Below are positions 26,109 to 36,580 of a DNA stretch of 64,000 bases, piece after piece (the first letter of the stretch is position 1; each line of letters starts with the position of its first letter). The stretch is taken from IMG/VR virus record IMGVR_UViG_3300033074_000580, positions 95,270 through 159,269 of that record; one strand, written 5' to 3'. Under the pieces are notes generated by a model that was given only the letters and a program-made list of their open reading frames with translations, made no database searches and was not told the origin of the DNA. A program made the translations under genes and the position numbers. This DNA is from a virus. Taxonomy: Duplodnaviria; Heunggongvirae; Uroviricota; Caudoviricetes.

Positions 26109-26719
26109 TATCCATGTATCATTTTACAAAACTTACCTGACGCTATTTCACCTAAATTTGATTGTTTAATAGACTCTCCAAATATGTTTCCCACACCCAT
26201 TGTTAATGTGTTACTTGTTCCAGTTATCTGACCACCAATTTGTCTACCAATTGCTTCCATAATTGCATCACACAATTCTGGCATATATTGTTGACAATTT
26301 GACGAATCTTTAAATGGTTTAATTAAATTTAACGGGTTATAATCTGCAAATACAATTGCCGCAGTTTCTGCAAACTCTTTCTTTAAACCAACATTTGTTA
26401 ATAACCATTTAATAGCATATTCTTTAACCATTGATAAGATGGAACCTCTTGCAATTTTACCCCAATCCGCATTTTTAACTTTATCTAACGCATCATCTGC
26501 AGTTGCCGCAACACTTTGTTCGTTGATATATTCATCAACTTCTTCAATTGTATATCCTTCACTAATTAAACTAGATGAAGCAATTAAAACATTGTTTAAA
26601 AAATCCTCATGTGTTTTAGATTCATGAGCATTTTTAAACGATTCATCAAAACGTTGTTTTCTTGTTTTTTGTAGGTTTTCACTTACAACTTTCTTAATGT
26701 CTATTTTTATATTTTTCAT
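26108..26719 (-). CDS. hypothetical protein
   Basis: Coupled ORF in operon. Confidence 0.6.
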   Translation of the reverse strand: MKNIKIDIKKVVSENLQKTRKQRFDESFKNAHESKTHEDFLNNVLIASSSLISEGYTIEEVDEYINEQSVAATADDALDKVKNADWGKIARGSILSMVKEYAIKWLLTNVGLKKEFAETAAIVFADYNPLNLIKPFKDSSNCQQYMPELCDAIMEAIGRQIGGQITGTSNTLTMGVGNIFGESIKQSNLGEIASGKFCKMIHG

Positions 26720-26727
26720 ATTTTAAA

Positions 26728-28770
26728 TTATGCTTTTCTCCAAACCCATTTTTCACCATATCTTTTACCCTGTTCAACTGGTTTAAATCTCTTATAACCT
26801 CTTTCATTAAAGAATTGGTCTAATTTTTCAACATCAGCATCTGGTAATTCACCACCCTTATATGGTATTCTATTATTCTCATCCACTTTTCTACCTCTAA
26901 AGAAACCTTGTCTTTGAAGTCTATTATAAACATCTTCACCCGTTTCTTGTGGTGTTGACGGTTCAGGTGTTTTTAAATTTGGTACATCGGGATTTTCACC
27001 ATTTGTTGGCATTTCAGGTTGATTTGGTTTTTCTTCCGGTGCCACAGGTGCGGTTGATTTCTTATCGTCTGTTTTTGTTGCTTGACCACATCCAGGTAAT
27101 GTTTTAATTTTATCATACATTTCCTTAGTGATAACCGCATCTTTTTGAATATATTCTAAATTCTTAAGTGCGGATAAAGTCTTAGGACCGAAATAACCTT
27201 TTTGTGGTTTTACACCAATACATCCTTGGATTTCCGCAATTTTTGGTGCAATACATCCAAATTCAAATGGAAAATCTTTTGATGAACAATCGTGATAATT
27301 CACTCCTTTCTTTTTTGGTGCGGGATTAACTCCATCACCACCAACTTTTTTCTGACCATCCCAAATAATTTCAATATTACCTAAGCCAACTTTAGCACCA
27401 GGTTTTGGTGCAGAACCACCTTTACCCGATAATATTTCATTGTAAAGGCCTATCAATTTTTCTTTAAGTTGTACCGCACGAGCGTCAATTGTTACTATAT
27501 TATCAATTGTTTTACCTAAACTACCTTTACCAAAACCAGTTTTTTGATATAAGTTTAAGAATTCTTTTCCTTTACCATTATTTTTATATGTTGTTAACAA
27601 ATTTACCGCACTTGCCATATCACTTTGTGAAACTGGAAAATCTAATAAATCAATCATTACCTCAACATCACTTGCAACATCTTCTTTAATTAAACCAACT
27701 AAGGTTATTTTTTCTGATTCAGCAATGATTGGTGTACCGTTTTTACATTTCCATGAACCTTTCTTTTTACCTGCTACATCTAAAACTCGTCCATTTGGAT
27801 AAAATAAAATACCACTTGGATATTCTGCATTTTTAACCATTACACTTATTTCTCCATTTGCACTTTTAGCGATAACACCTTCTTTTGATTTCAATAATTC
27901 TTGAATACATGGTGCCCATCCTCCAGCCACATCAGGAATATCATTTCCATTTTCATCTGTTAAAATTACATTATCACCACCAAAGAAATAATAAAGAGCC
28001 GCAATACCCAAACCTGCACCAATCAATGTAGATTTAACAGGATTATTAACTATTACTCTTTTTACATTACCAGGTAACTTAGCGATTTGTTCTTTAGTTG
28101 CTGTAAAGAATCCGTTCTTTGTTTTAACTTGTACTTTTCCTTTAACACCACCTGCAACTGATTCACCTGTACCCTCAATAACTTTAGCTTCTTTTTTAAG
28201 AATGTCCGCCACTTTCTTCGCACTTAACTTATCCATACCTGCAATTACTCTTTGCATATCTGCATATTTTGTTTGTAATTTGGTATTTGCGATAAGTTCC
28301 TTTGTTGCTGCAGTTAAATCTTGTTGTGTTGCCTTTCCTGCGTTTACACCCTTTTGTGTTTTACTTACTGTAGAAGTTGCAACCTTTACGTCTTTATCTA
28401 TAATTGTTTTAGACATGGCAGCTCTTTCCGCCAATTCTTTTTCCATTCCCGTTTGAACATCGTTCACCAATTTTTGTGCTGTGTTCTTATCAAATTGTAA
28501 TAATTGGTCAAATGTTTTACCGTATTGTGCTCTTGATGCCTCAGCAACTGTAGTTTTAAGTGCATCTTGGTAAGATGTGTTTTTTCTTAACGCAGATAAC
28601 GCGACTTTTTTACCTCCTTGGGCAACATCGTTTAATGCTTTTTGTAACAATGTTTCAGCCGTTGATCCGATGGTTCTTTTAAACCCTTTAAATGTTGCGG
28701 TTAAAAAATCAGTTAATGCACCTTCATTTAAAATTTCAACATTTTCATTTAAAACTTCTTCAAATTTCAT
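26728..28770 (-). CDS. large protein with TM segment and PG-binding-like motif
   Basis: LIGAGLGIAALYYFF; IQGCIG...GYFGPKTLSAL. Confidence 0.6.
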   Translation of the reverse strand: MKFEEVLNENVEILNEGALTDFLTATFKGFKRTIGSTAETLLQKALNDVAQGGKKVALSALRKNTSYQDALKTTVAEASRAQYGKTFDQLLQFDKNTAQKLVNDVQTGMEKELAERAAMSKTIIDKDVKVATSTVSKTQKGVNAGKATQQDLTAATKELIANTKLQTKYADMQRVIAGMDKLSAKKVADILKKEAKVIEGTGESVAGGVKGKVQVKTKNGFFTATKEQIAKLPGNVKRVIVNNPVKSTLIGAGLGIAALYYFFGGDNVILTDENGNDIPDVAGGWAPCIQELLKSKEGVIAKSANGEISVMVKNAEYPSGILFYPNGRVLDVAGKKKGSWKCKNGTPIIAESEKITLVGLIKEDVASDVEVMIDLLDFPVSQSDMASAVNLLTTYKNNGKGKEFLNLYQKTGFGKGSLGKTIDNIVTIDARAVQLKEKLIGLYNEILSGKGGSAPKPGAKVGLGNIEIIWDGQKKVGGDGVNPAPKKKGVNYHDCSSKDFPFEFGCIAPKIAEIQGCIGVKPQKGYFGPKTLSALKNLEYIQKDAVITKEMYDKIKTLPGCGQATKTDDKKSTAPVAPEEKPNQPEMPTNGENPDVPNLKTPEPSTPQETGEDVYNRLQRQGFFRGRKVDENNRIPYKGGELPDADVEKLDQFFNERGYKRFKPVEQGKRYGEKWVWRKA

Positions 28771-28776
28771 ATTTTT

Positions 28777-29910
28777 TTATTTTTGAGCCATTTGTAATAT
28801 AGCGTTTCCTTCGGCATCAGAAACCTTAAGAGAACCTAATCCTGTTGATGTTCTCATTTTATCATCAAATGAAAGAATCGCATTACCAACTCTTCCGTTT
28901 TTATCTATTTTTTCAATACCTTTACTTACAACGTGACCAACACCAGCAACCGCACCCGCAGTTGCAACTGCCTTAGCACCCTGTTTAGAAAATAATCGAG
29001 GTATGAATTTAATCAATTCATCAAGTATTCCGTCAATAAATCCTTTTATCTTACCAATCACACCTGTTGATTTTGGTCCTAACCCTTTTTCTAAACCTGA
29101 TGCGACGTTTTTTAATTGTGATTTTAAACCAGGTATTTTTTGACCCATAGTTTTTGCGGTTTTTGCTAATGATGGTGCGGCCTTTTCAATACCTTGTTTC
29201 ATTATTGCAGGTGCGGCTTTTTTAGCACCTAAAGCGGCAGCACCAGTAAAGATACAACCCAATAAATCCGCAAATAAAAAGAAGAACGGTAATTGCATTC
29301 TTTGGGGGTCTTGTGGGTCAAAATCACCCGTTGCAATTTCATAAATGTCTAACAACACAATCACAAACCAAACAATTGCATTTGTTTTTGCGGCTAATAT
29401 TGAAACAACCACATCAATCACAATACCCACTCCAGTATATAAACCACGTCTAACCCATCTAAGTGCAGGTATAACACCCTTAGTAAAAATACCTTTAGCC
29501 ATTTCAACTGCACTATTTCCGATTTTACTTACTAATGATGACGTACCCGATTTTAAATCATCCCACCAAGTTTCAGTTATAATCGTTTTTTCGGTTAACC
29601 ATTCATTAACTAAATCTTTAGACCATTTAATATCTTGAATAATATTTGTTAATTCACCTTGAATTGACTCATTTAAATCTTTAAACGATTCTTTAATCAA
29701 TTCATTGAATATATGTGTATTCTCCCATATTGACCCTATTGTTACTCCGTTACTATCTTTAGTAAAAACTTGGTCCATAATAATGACATATTTTTCATTT
29801 TCAGTAACCACAAAATCAAAAACAAAATCTTTTTGAGGTTTTAAACCATACATTGACCTGATTTGATTTCTTTCAGATTCTGAAATGATTTGTTTTCTTT
29901 GATATACCAT
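28777..29910 (-). CDS. amphipathic multi-TM protein, putative virion/ejected protein
   Basis: IISESE N-terminal motif; three hydrophobic segments. Confidence 0.6.
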   Translation of the reverse strand: MVYQRKQIISESERNQIRSMYGLKPQKDFVFDFVVTENEKYVIIMDQVFTKDSNGVTIGSIWENTHIFNELIKESFKDLNESIQGELTNIIQDIKWSKDLVNEWLTEKTIITETWWDDLKSGTSSLVSKIGNSAVEMAKGIFTKGVIPALRWVRRGLYTGVGIVIDVVVSILAAKTNAIVWFVIVLLDIYEIATGDFDPQDPQRMQLPFFFLFADLLGCIFTGAAALGAKKAAPAIMKQGIEKAAPSLAKTAKTMGQKIPGLKSQLKNVASGLEKGLGPKSTGVIGKIKGFIDGILDELIKFIPRLFSKQGAKAVATAGAVAGVGHVVSKGIEKIDKNGRVGNAILSFDDKMRTSTGLGSLKVSDAEGNAILQMAQK

Positions 29911-29946
29911 TATTTTTGGGATTTCTATATAAATATCTTAATATTC

Positions 29947-30216
29947 TTATTTTAATGGGTTTGATTTACCTCTTACAAGTGTGGAACCAACAATATCGGA
30001 CCATTTTGTAACCCCTATTTGATTCGCCGACCCTCTTTTAACTCCACTCTCCCATTTTCCCACTTCAGGATAACCTTGACCACCAGATTGGGTACTAGAA
30101 GTTCCTGCGGTTGGTTGAGCATCCGCCGGATTTGAGTCCTGCTCGTCAATTTCTTGATTTTCAACCTTTTTTGATACAATATGTTTCAATTGTTTCTCAC
30201 TAATCATTACTTTCAT
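29947..30216 (-). CDS. small late protein with ISEKQLK N-terminal motif
   Basis: Start moved to 30216; TATTTATA upstream. Confidence 0.65.
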   Translation of the reverse strand: MKVMISEKQLKHIVSKKVENQEIDEQDSNPADAQPTAGTSSTQSGGQGYPEVGKWESGVKRGSANQIGVTKWSDIVGSTLVRGKSNPLK

Positions 30217-30297
30217 AATATATAAATACAAAAAAAAATCTTTGAAATTTGTGTGTATATCCTAAAAAATACATATTTTTGTGAAAATTATAAAGAC

Positions 30298-31386
30298 ATG
30301 AATAGAATAATAATCTCATTACTCGTTTTAACCTTAATTTCGTGTAATAAGGAAATTGAAATTTTACCGATTCAAAAAACCCCAACATTTGAGTATCAAG
30401 GATTTAATCTCGGGGTTTGGTGTAAATCGTGTGGTGATGTTACATCTAATAGAGTTGAAATATTATTGGACTCGATGAAAAATATTGGGTCAAATACCGT
30501 TACAATAGATTTTGGTGTCATGATTGATAATTCAGGTAAAGTCATTCCAAATGGAATATATGAACCAAATTTGAGTGATATTAAAAATATCATCATCCTA
30601 TCCAAAAATAAGGGATTTAAGGTGGTGGTGAAACCTCACACAATTACTGATAATTCCACAAACAATAGAATGATTTATAATACTTCAGATACTACAAATT
30701 ATAATAAAAATATCATTGATGAGTGGAAAAACTTTTTGGTAAATATGGTTAAAAATTTGGGTGGTAGTAATTTTGATGTTTTATGTTTAGGTACCGAGAT
30801 GGATATGGTTGATACGAAAAGAAGGGATGAGTGGGTTTTGTTAATTGATGAAGTTAAGAAAGTATATTCAGGTAAATTAACATATGATGCGGTTTTTAAT
30901 AGATGGAAAGGTAATCCTGATGTTAATGAAGTCGTTTTTTGGGATAAATTGGATTTTATTGGTGTCTCATTGTACGTTCCATTAAGTGACAAACCAACTC
31001 CAACATTAGACGAATTAAAAAGTAATTGGGATAACGCTAACAATACAAATCCTGAATATATAAACGATATTACCGGTTATTTAAATGGAATATCTACCCA
31101 ATACGGAAAAAAAATATACGTTTTAGAAAGTGGATATAAAAGTTCGATTAACTCACTATCGGAGCCATCAAACTTACCAATAAAAACAAATTCACCATAT
31201 TATGAATTACAATCAATGGGAATTGATGTTTTATTGGGTAAACTATCAACTAATACAAATATTAAAGGAGTGTCAATTTGGGGTACAAATACAACCTATT
31301 TTTCTGAAAAAGATAAAGAATGGGATTTTGTTACTTTTGGTAAACCCGCAAATATTTTAATTAAAAAATACTTCGGAATATATTAG
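30298..31386 (+). CDS. GH113-like (GH-A TIM-barrel) glycoside hydrolase lipoprotein
   Basis: LISC lipobox; VVKPH, GTEM, WDKLDFIGVSLYVPL, ESGY. Confidence 0.7.
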   Translation: MNRIIISLLVLTLISCNKEIEILPIQKTPTFEYQGFNLGVWCKSCGDVTSNRVEILLDSMKNIGSNTVTIDFGVMIDNSGKVIPNGIYEPNLSDIKNIIILSKNKGFKVVVKPHTITDNSTNNRMIYNTSDTTNYNKNIIDEWKNFLVNMVKNLGGSNFDVLCLGTEMDMVDTKRRDEWVLLIDEVKKVYSGKLTYDAVFNRWKGNPDVNEVVFWDKLDFIGVSLYVPLSDKPTPTLDELKSNWDNANNTNPEYINDITGYLNGISTQYGKKIYVLESGYKSSINSLSEPSNLPIKTNSPYYELQSMGIDVLLGKLSTNTNIKGVSIWGTNTTYFSEKDKEWDFVTFGKPANILIKKYFGIY

Positions 31387-31754
31387 TCGTCGTAAATGGT
31401 TGGGTCTTCTTTTGCGTAAAGTTTGATATATTGTCCCGCCTTAGCGTTAGCTTCATCCTCTATTTCCCCACCAATATCGGGAGGTTGTGGACCATTTAAA
31501 CGACCTTGTTCAAATTGTTTATGGTGCACAAGTTCATGTGCAATACTTCTCATAATATCAACCAACGCACGATTTTTACCATACACCTTGATGATTTTAT
31601 TCTCTTTAGTATAATCGTAATTTGCTGTGGTTTTTAAACCGTCTCTATTACCTTTAATATTGATGGTTGGAACAGTTTCCAACTCCAATTGGTTCTTTAC
31701 GAACTTAACGAAACTGTCGAGTTTCTTCTTTTTATCGTCATCTAAAAATCCCAT
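31383..31754 (-). CDS. HExxH metallopeptidase-like protein
   Basis: IAHELVHHKQ...EDEANA. Confidence 0.65.
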   Translation of the reverse strand: MGFLDDDKKKKLDSFVKFVKNQLELETVPTINIKGNRDGLKTTANYDYTKENKIIKVYGKNRALVDIMRSIAHELVHHKQFEQGRLNGPQPPDIGGEIEDEANAKAGQYIKLYAKEDPTIYDD

Positions 31755-31766
31755 AATATATAAATA

Positions 31767-32006
31767 TCACAGACTTATCTCTTCAGGTAAATTATTTTCT
31801 TTTAAGTATTGTTCTATCAATTCTACAATAAAATCCTCATCGATGTCATTCATTTCGTCTTCAGATATGATTTCAGGTGAGTAATATTCAATTTGTTCGT
31901 AGTCAAGTTTTAAAACTCGATAAAAACTATCCCCATCGTCTTTTGTGGAGAACTCAACGTATAATAATCGATTGTCGTCGTTATAGTAATATTCGAGTAT
32001 ATTCAT
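31767..32006 (-). CDS. acidic hypothetical protein
   Basis: ORF. Confidence 0.55.
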   Translation of the reverse strand: MNILEYYYNDDNRLLYVEFSTKDDGDSFYRVLKLDYEQIEYYSPEIISEDEMNDIDEDFIVELIEQYLKENNLPEEISL

Positions 32007-32062
32007 TGTAAACAATCATAATTATTTATTTTTTCCCAAAAAGACATTTTTTATATACAAAA

Positions 32063-32419
32063 TTGATTAAAAACCATATAATTACTGGTATGTTAGATTG
32101 GTATACCGTAGAATATCTTTATCACGAATCGTTTAAAAGATTCACAAGTGTCATGTTCCCAAATGTTGGTGTATTGAGTATATCGACATTATGTGTTTAC
32201 GACACTAAAAAGTTATATCAGTTTTTTGATAAGGAAGGAGTATATCTTACCGTTGAAATGTATAACCCACATCAATGGGTTTTCACAATTTCATTATCAA
32301 ATGGGATAGTTTTTGGTCCAACCCAAGATTCTAAGAAAACAAGAGAAGAATGTGAATTAGAGGGATTTATGGATTGTTTTAAAATATTAGATAAAATGTT
32401 AGTCGGTAAAATTCAATAG
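32063..32419 (+). CDS. hypothetical protein
   Basis: ORF. Confidence 0.55.
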   Translation: MIKNHIITGMLDWYTVEYLYHESFKRFTSVMFPNVGVLSISTLCVYDTKKLYQFFDKEGVYLTVEMYNPHQWVFTISLSNGIVFGPTQDSKKTREECELEGFMDCFKILDKMLVGKIQ

Positions 32420-32427
32420 GTATTTAT

Positions 32428-32718
32428 ATGAAGTATAATTTTTTATTACAAACCACAATGGTTTTAGGTTATAATAATTGTAATGATGAAGAGTTAGAAA
32501 TGGTGTATAATTTTTTATTATCCATTGACAATGACGTTTTAAATTATTATAATAGTAATTGTACAATTATATCATATGAAACCGATTTGGACTTATTTAT
32601 TGAAGTATTGGAAGCCACAATTGGTATTTTTGAAGATAGGGAGGAATATGAAAAATGTCAAATGTTGAAAAATAAAATAAACGAAGTTTTAAAAATAAAA
32701 AATAAAAAAACAATTTAA
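32428..32718 (+). CDS. hypothetical protein (UVR-like EEYEKCQ)
   Basis: ORF. Confidence 0.55.
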   Translation: MKYNFLLQTTMVLGYNNCNDEELEMVYNFLLSIDNDVLNYYNSNCTIISYETDLDLFIEVLEATIGIFEDREEYEKCQMLKNKINEVLKIKNKKTI

Positions 32719-32720
32719 TT

Positions 32721-32870
32721 ATGAGTATATTTGGAATGTCTGAAGAAGAAAAAAAGAAAATTTTAGAAAAGCATAAAGACGCTACTAAAAATCACTATGT
32801 TAAAGTAAACGAAACTAAAAAAGGTTTACAGAAACCTGAAGACAAAAAAGATGATAAAAAAACCTCCTAA
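32721..32870 (+). CDS. 49-aa charged protein not in the ORF track (MSIFGMSEEEKKKILEKHK...)
   Basis: ATG 32721 to TAA 32870; terminator hairpin overlaps the stop. Confidence 0.55.
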   Translation: MSIFGMSEEEKKKILEKHKDATKNHYVKVNETKKGLQKPEDKKDDKKTS

Positions 32871-32886
32871 TTGGAGGTTTTTATTT

Positions 32887-35238
32887 TTAGTTTTCTTTCC
32901 TATCTTTACCCGGATAAAAATCAAATCTATCGTGTTCTGTTGGTGTTGCTAACAATATCCCCGGATAAATTTTACCTTTTAATGTTTCTTGATAAAAGTG
33001 AGACATCCAAGTTTGTTCAAACGGACTACCCCATTTTACATCTAAAAACATTTTTTTATTTCCCTCTCTTGACACAACTTGTGGCCAATTACAATAATAT
33101 ATTTCACCTGTAGCATATGGTACACCATTTAATGATTTAATATTTTTAAAATTTAAATTAGGTGCGTAATTGTAATCATCGTTAAATTTGATTGGCTTAT
33201 CGGGAAAAAGACTGGCCCTAACACTACCAGGAACATTGTGCCAAGCCCATTGTTTTGAATTATCACCAAAGAATTCAGTAAAATTCCATTTTAAAAAATC
33301 AAAATTCTCTAACCAAATGATATCCATCATTATATTATAGAAATTTTTTATCTTTCTTCTGAAACCATTTTTACAAAATTCATCTGGACCCAAATAAAAA
33401 AACATGTCATCTTCAAAAAAGAAATAATAATCAAACTTATTTTCTTCAGCATGTTCAGCAATAAATTGTCTGCCACCACATATACCGATATTATTCTTTT
33501 TAATTTCCTCAAACCCATACCTCTCACATAGTTCAGTATACGCCAAATCTGTCTCCCTATCTATTGAATTATTTAATAAAAACTTTTTGGGTCTATCTAA
33601 AAAATCTTTATCATACATTTCAAATGATAAACATAGTTTTTCAAATTGTTTAGGTGAATTGTATGTTAAAACATAAAGTGCAGTATTGTTTTTACTATGT
33701 GGATTTACTTTAAAAACATTTGACTTTTCAACTTTAGCGGTTAATGAATCTGTTTTCAAATTTTCAAAAAACGTACCCAATAATCCATTATTTTGAATTT
33801 CAAAGTATTGTATTAGTTCGGGGTGTTTATAGGTCATTATAGTAAAAATACTTTCTTCTGTACCCATCAAACCTTTCGATAATGTTTCGTTTAATAAACT
33901 ATAATAAATGTTATTTATTTTAGTCATTAAATGTTTCGGACCACCAAAAATTCCACCTCTTGCGACTTTATCAACTTCTCCTTCAGAGTATCTACACATT
34001 TCATCATATTTGAAACCATGTATTTCAACCTTGCCGTCATAAGGAAAACAAACAAATGTAAATTTGTTTAAAACATCACCCAATTTTTGAATTACATTAT
34101 CTTTCCAAAAATATCCCTCGTGGACAGTATTAGTTAACGCCCCGTCAATCCAAACTAAATGACTTGAGTTAAATGGGTCTAAAATGGATGCATCATTTAA
34201 TAAAAACATTTTAGACATCACAATTGGATTATACATTTCCAATTTAGCTTGAGTACTTTCAGATAACCATCCCACTTGATTATACCAATCGGGATTAGTT
34301 CTAATTTTTTGTATTTTATTAAACAAATCACCGTTTGATTTAAACCAATCTAATTCTTTGACAACAATTAAAGTGTTATGTTTTTGTCTACGTTCTTCTA
34401 CAAAATTTTTATATTTTTCCTCAATAAAGATAATCATATTATCTTCCACCAACATTAGTTTTTCCAAATGTTTAAGATAGTGTTCAAATTTTCTACTCCA
34501 ACCTTCACTTAACTCATCTCTTTTAATGTCCCATATTCCCGTAACAATTGTTGTACCACCATATTTCACATTCTTTTTTGTTTCCATTGGAGGGTTAAAA
34601 TTTTCAACATTCCCATTCTTCTTATAGACCCCTAATTGTTCACATACTTCAACAACGGTATATTCTACACCTCTTTCTTTAAACGTATCTTCAATCGCAG
34701 CTCTAACTCCAGGTAAATCTACACGTTGGTAATCATGAAAACAAATGTATCCACCATCAGTAACTCTATCAAATATTTTATTTAAACTATCATATATTGA
34801 ATCATAAAAGTCTCCGTCTAAAAATGCAAAAGAAATTTTTTCAGGAATTTTATCTTCGGGAACATTTTTAAACCAATCTTTATGAATTGTTGGTAATGGT
34901 AGATTATTCTGTTCAAAATTTGATACTAAAATCTCTTCGGTACTCTTTAATGTTCCAGCTCTCCATCCTGTACCTTCCTCCCATTTTGACAATGGTGGTA
35001 AACCTTCAAATGAATCGTAAACATATAGTTTTTTAGTTGAATTGGTTTCAACTAAAGTTCTCATTAGGTACTTGCTAGATTCCCCCACATAACAACCAAA
35101 TTCAACAACATCCCCATCAATTTTATTTTCAATGGAATTATGTAGATATTTTACTAAGTTTGTTATTTGGTCGAAATTTATAATTGACGAATCAATTTGT
35201 TTATTTTCAGACGATAATATTTTATCGATAACGTTCAT
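32887..35238 (-). CDS. fusion: TylF-type O-methyltransferase + HtrL/WlaTC-like GT + GT-A domain
   Basis: VVEFGCYVG, DSFEGLP, AFLDGDFYDS; NPDWY..W.DG; FFFEDD; start moved to 35238. Confidence 0.75.
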   Translation of the reverse strand: MNVIDKILSSENKQIDSSIINFDQITNLVKYLHNSIENKIDGDVVEFGCYVGESSKYLMRTLVETNSTKKLYVYDSFEGLPPLSKWEEGTGWRAGTLKSTEEILVSNFEQNNLPLPTIHKDWFKNVPEDKIPEKISFAFLDGDFYDSIYDSLNKIFDRVTDGGYICFHDYQRVDLPGVRAAIEDTFKERGVEYTVVEVCEQLGVYKKNGNVENFNPPMETKKNVKYGGTTIVTGIWDIKRDELSEGWSRKFEHYLKHLEKLMLVEDNMIIFIEEKYKNFVEERRQKHNTLIVVKELDWFKSNGDLFNKIQKIRTNPDWYNQVGWLSESTQAKLEMYNPIVMSKMFLLNDASILDPFNSSHLVWIDGALTNTVHEGYFWKDNVIQKLGDVLNKFTFVCFPYDGKVEIHGFKYDEMCRYSEGEVDKVARGGIFGGPKHLMTKINNIYYSLLNETLSKGLMGTEESIFTIMTYKHPELIQYFEIQNNGLLGTFFENLKTDSLTAKVEKSNVFKVNPHSKNNTALYVLTYNSPKQFEKLCLSFEMYDKDFLDRPKKFLLNNSIDRETDLAYTELCERYGFEEIKKNNIGICGGRQFIAEHAEENKFDYYFFFEDDMFFYLGPDEFCKNGFRRKIKNFYNIMMDIIWLENFDFLKWNFTEFFGDNSKQWAWHNVPGSVRASLFPDKPIKFNDDYNYAPNLNFKNIKSLNGVPYATGEIYYCNWPQVVSREGNKKMFLDVKWGSPFEQTWMSHFYQETLKGKIYPGILLATPTEHDRFDFYPGKDRKEN

Positions 35239-35239
35239 T

Positions 35240-35866
35240 CTATTTTGTTTTACAAACCCATACAACTGAGTCGAAAATTACTTTATTATATGGTTTTAAA
35301 TTATTTCTGTCACATGCGATTGAGATATCACTTTCAGATATTTCGTGCCAATTCCAAATTTTCCTATCGTAATTTTGATTGAAATTTTCTCTGGTATCAA
35401 CATAATCGTGAGCCATAATAAAGTCACCTTGCTTAATAAAGTTGGATAGTATATTAAATTCACCCACTTTATTACCTCCATCACATAAAACAATTGTAAT
35501 ACCATCTTGTTGAATAAAATCAATGACTTCTTGTTTAACCGTAAGATAATGTTCGTCAAACACATTTTCAACTTTAATATCTAAACCAGGTTTAACCATA
35601 GATTGATACCAATCCATCCTATGTATATCATAAGATAAAATGTCGATGTTTAACTCAGACTCATCTGATACGTTTTTTAAAAATTGAGTGAATCCACCTA
35701 ATGCGGTTCCAATTTCTAAAATTCTTTTTGGTTTTATTTCATTTAAAAAATTATAAAAGATTTCATAAACATTATGATTTTGCTGAGATGCTAAATTCAT
35801 ATATGCAGATAATCCGTCATTATTTTCTAGGTTAATTTTTTTAATTGTTGTTTCGTTAAAAATCAT
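35240..35866 (-). CDS. SAM-dependent methyltransferase (paralog of 4293-4862)
   Basis: RILEIGTALGG, LCDGGNK, AHDY. Confidence 0.75.
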   Translation of the reverse strand: MIFNETTIKKINLENNDGLSAYMNLASQQNHNVYEIFYNFLNEIKPKRILEIGTALGGFTQFLKNVSDESELNIDILSYDIHRMDWYQSMVKPGLDIKVENVFDEHYLTVKQEVIDFIQQDGITIVLCDGGNKVGEFNILSNFIKQGDFIMAHDYVDTRENFNQNYDRKIWNWHEISESDISIACDRNNLKPYNKVIFDSVVWVCKTK

Positions 35867-35869
35867 ATT

Positions 35870-36580
35870 TTAAAATTTAATACTTATTCCACCATCTTTA
35901 CTTGTGAATTCATACATACCTCTAAGATAGTGTTCCCAAGTTGCATATGAAAAGTTTAATTTTGCGTGAGCCATAGACATACCAATTTCGGTACCCTCAG
36001 CAAATGGCCACAATTTATTTTCAGCTGAAATTTCATATAGTTCTTTCCATTTTTCAATGAATACATTAAATTTATCATTTTTTTTAAAAACAATAAACTG
36101 TTCATTACAAACATGTCCTAAATCATATTCAGTAGTGTCCATTAACTTATAAAAATCCCTCTTATGACCCCAAAAACAATCCCTACCATCAAATTTTCCA
36201 GCACCAATTGTATGAGGTCGTTCAAATAAAATATCAAAATTATTCTTATTCATAAATTCAAACATGGATATAACCCCATTTTCATCGTATTTTTCTTTAA
36301 TCCTCCAATCAGAATCAATAAAAATAATATGTTCATATTCCATATCTTTTGCAAGATATAATGGATAATACTTTAAACAATAGTTAAACCCATCGTTGAT
36401 GAATACTACTTGGTCTTCAGGTATATTAACAAATGTTGTATTATCATAATTCTCCTCTGGTTTATCTGTTACAATTAAGAAATGGTGATTTTGAGATTTT
36501 TCATTTAAAACTTTCGACATTTCTTTTGCCGAATTCAAATAATAATCACCAACCGCTATGGTACAATATAAGTGTCTCAT
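35870..36580 (-). CDS. GT-A-like glycosyltransferase
   Basis: IIFIDSD (DxD); cluster context. Confidence 0.55.
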   Translation of the reverse strand: MRHLYCTIAVGDYYLNSAKEMSKVLNEKSQNHHFLIVTDKPEENYDNTTFVNIPEDQVVFINDGFNYCLKYYPLYLAKDMEYEHIIFIDSDWRIKEKYDENGVISMFEFMNKNNFDILFERPHTIGAGKFDGRDCFWGHKRDFYKLMDTTEYDLGHVCNEQFIVFKKNDKFNVFIEKWKELYEISAENKLWPFAEGTEIGMSMAHAKLNFSYATWEHYLRGMYEFTSKDGGISIKF

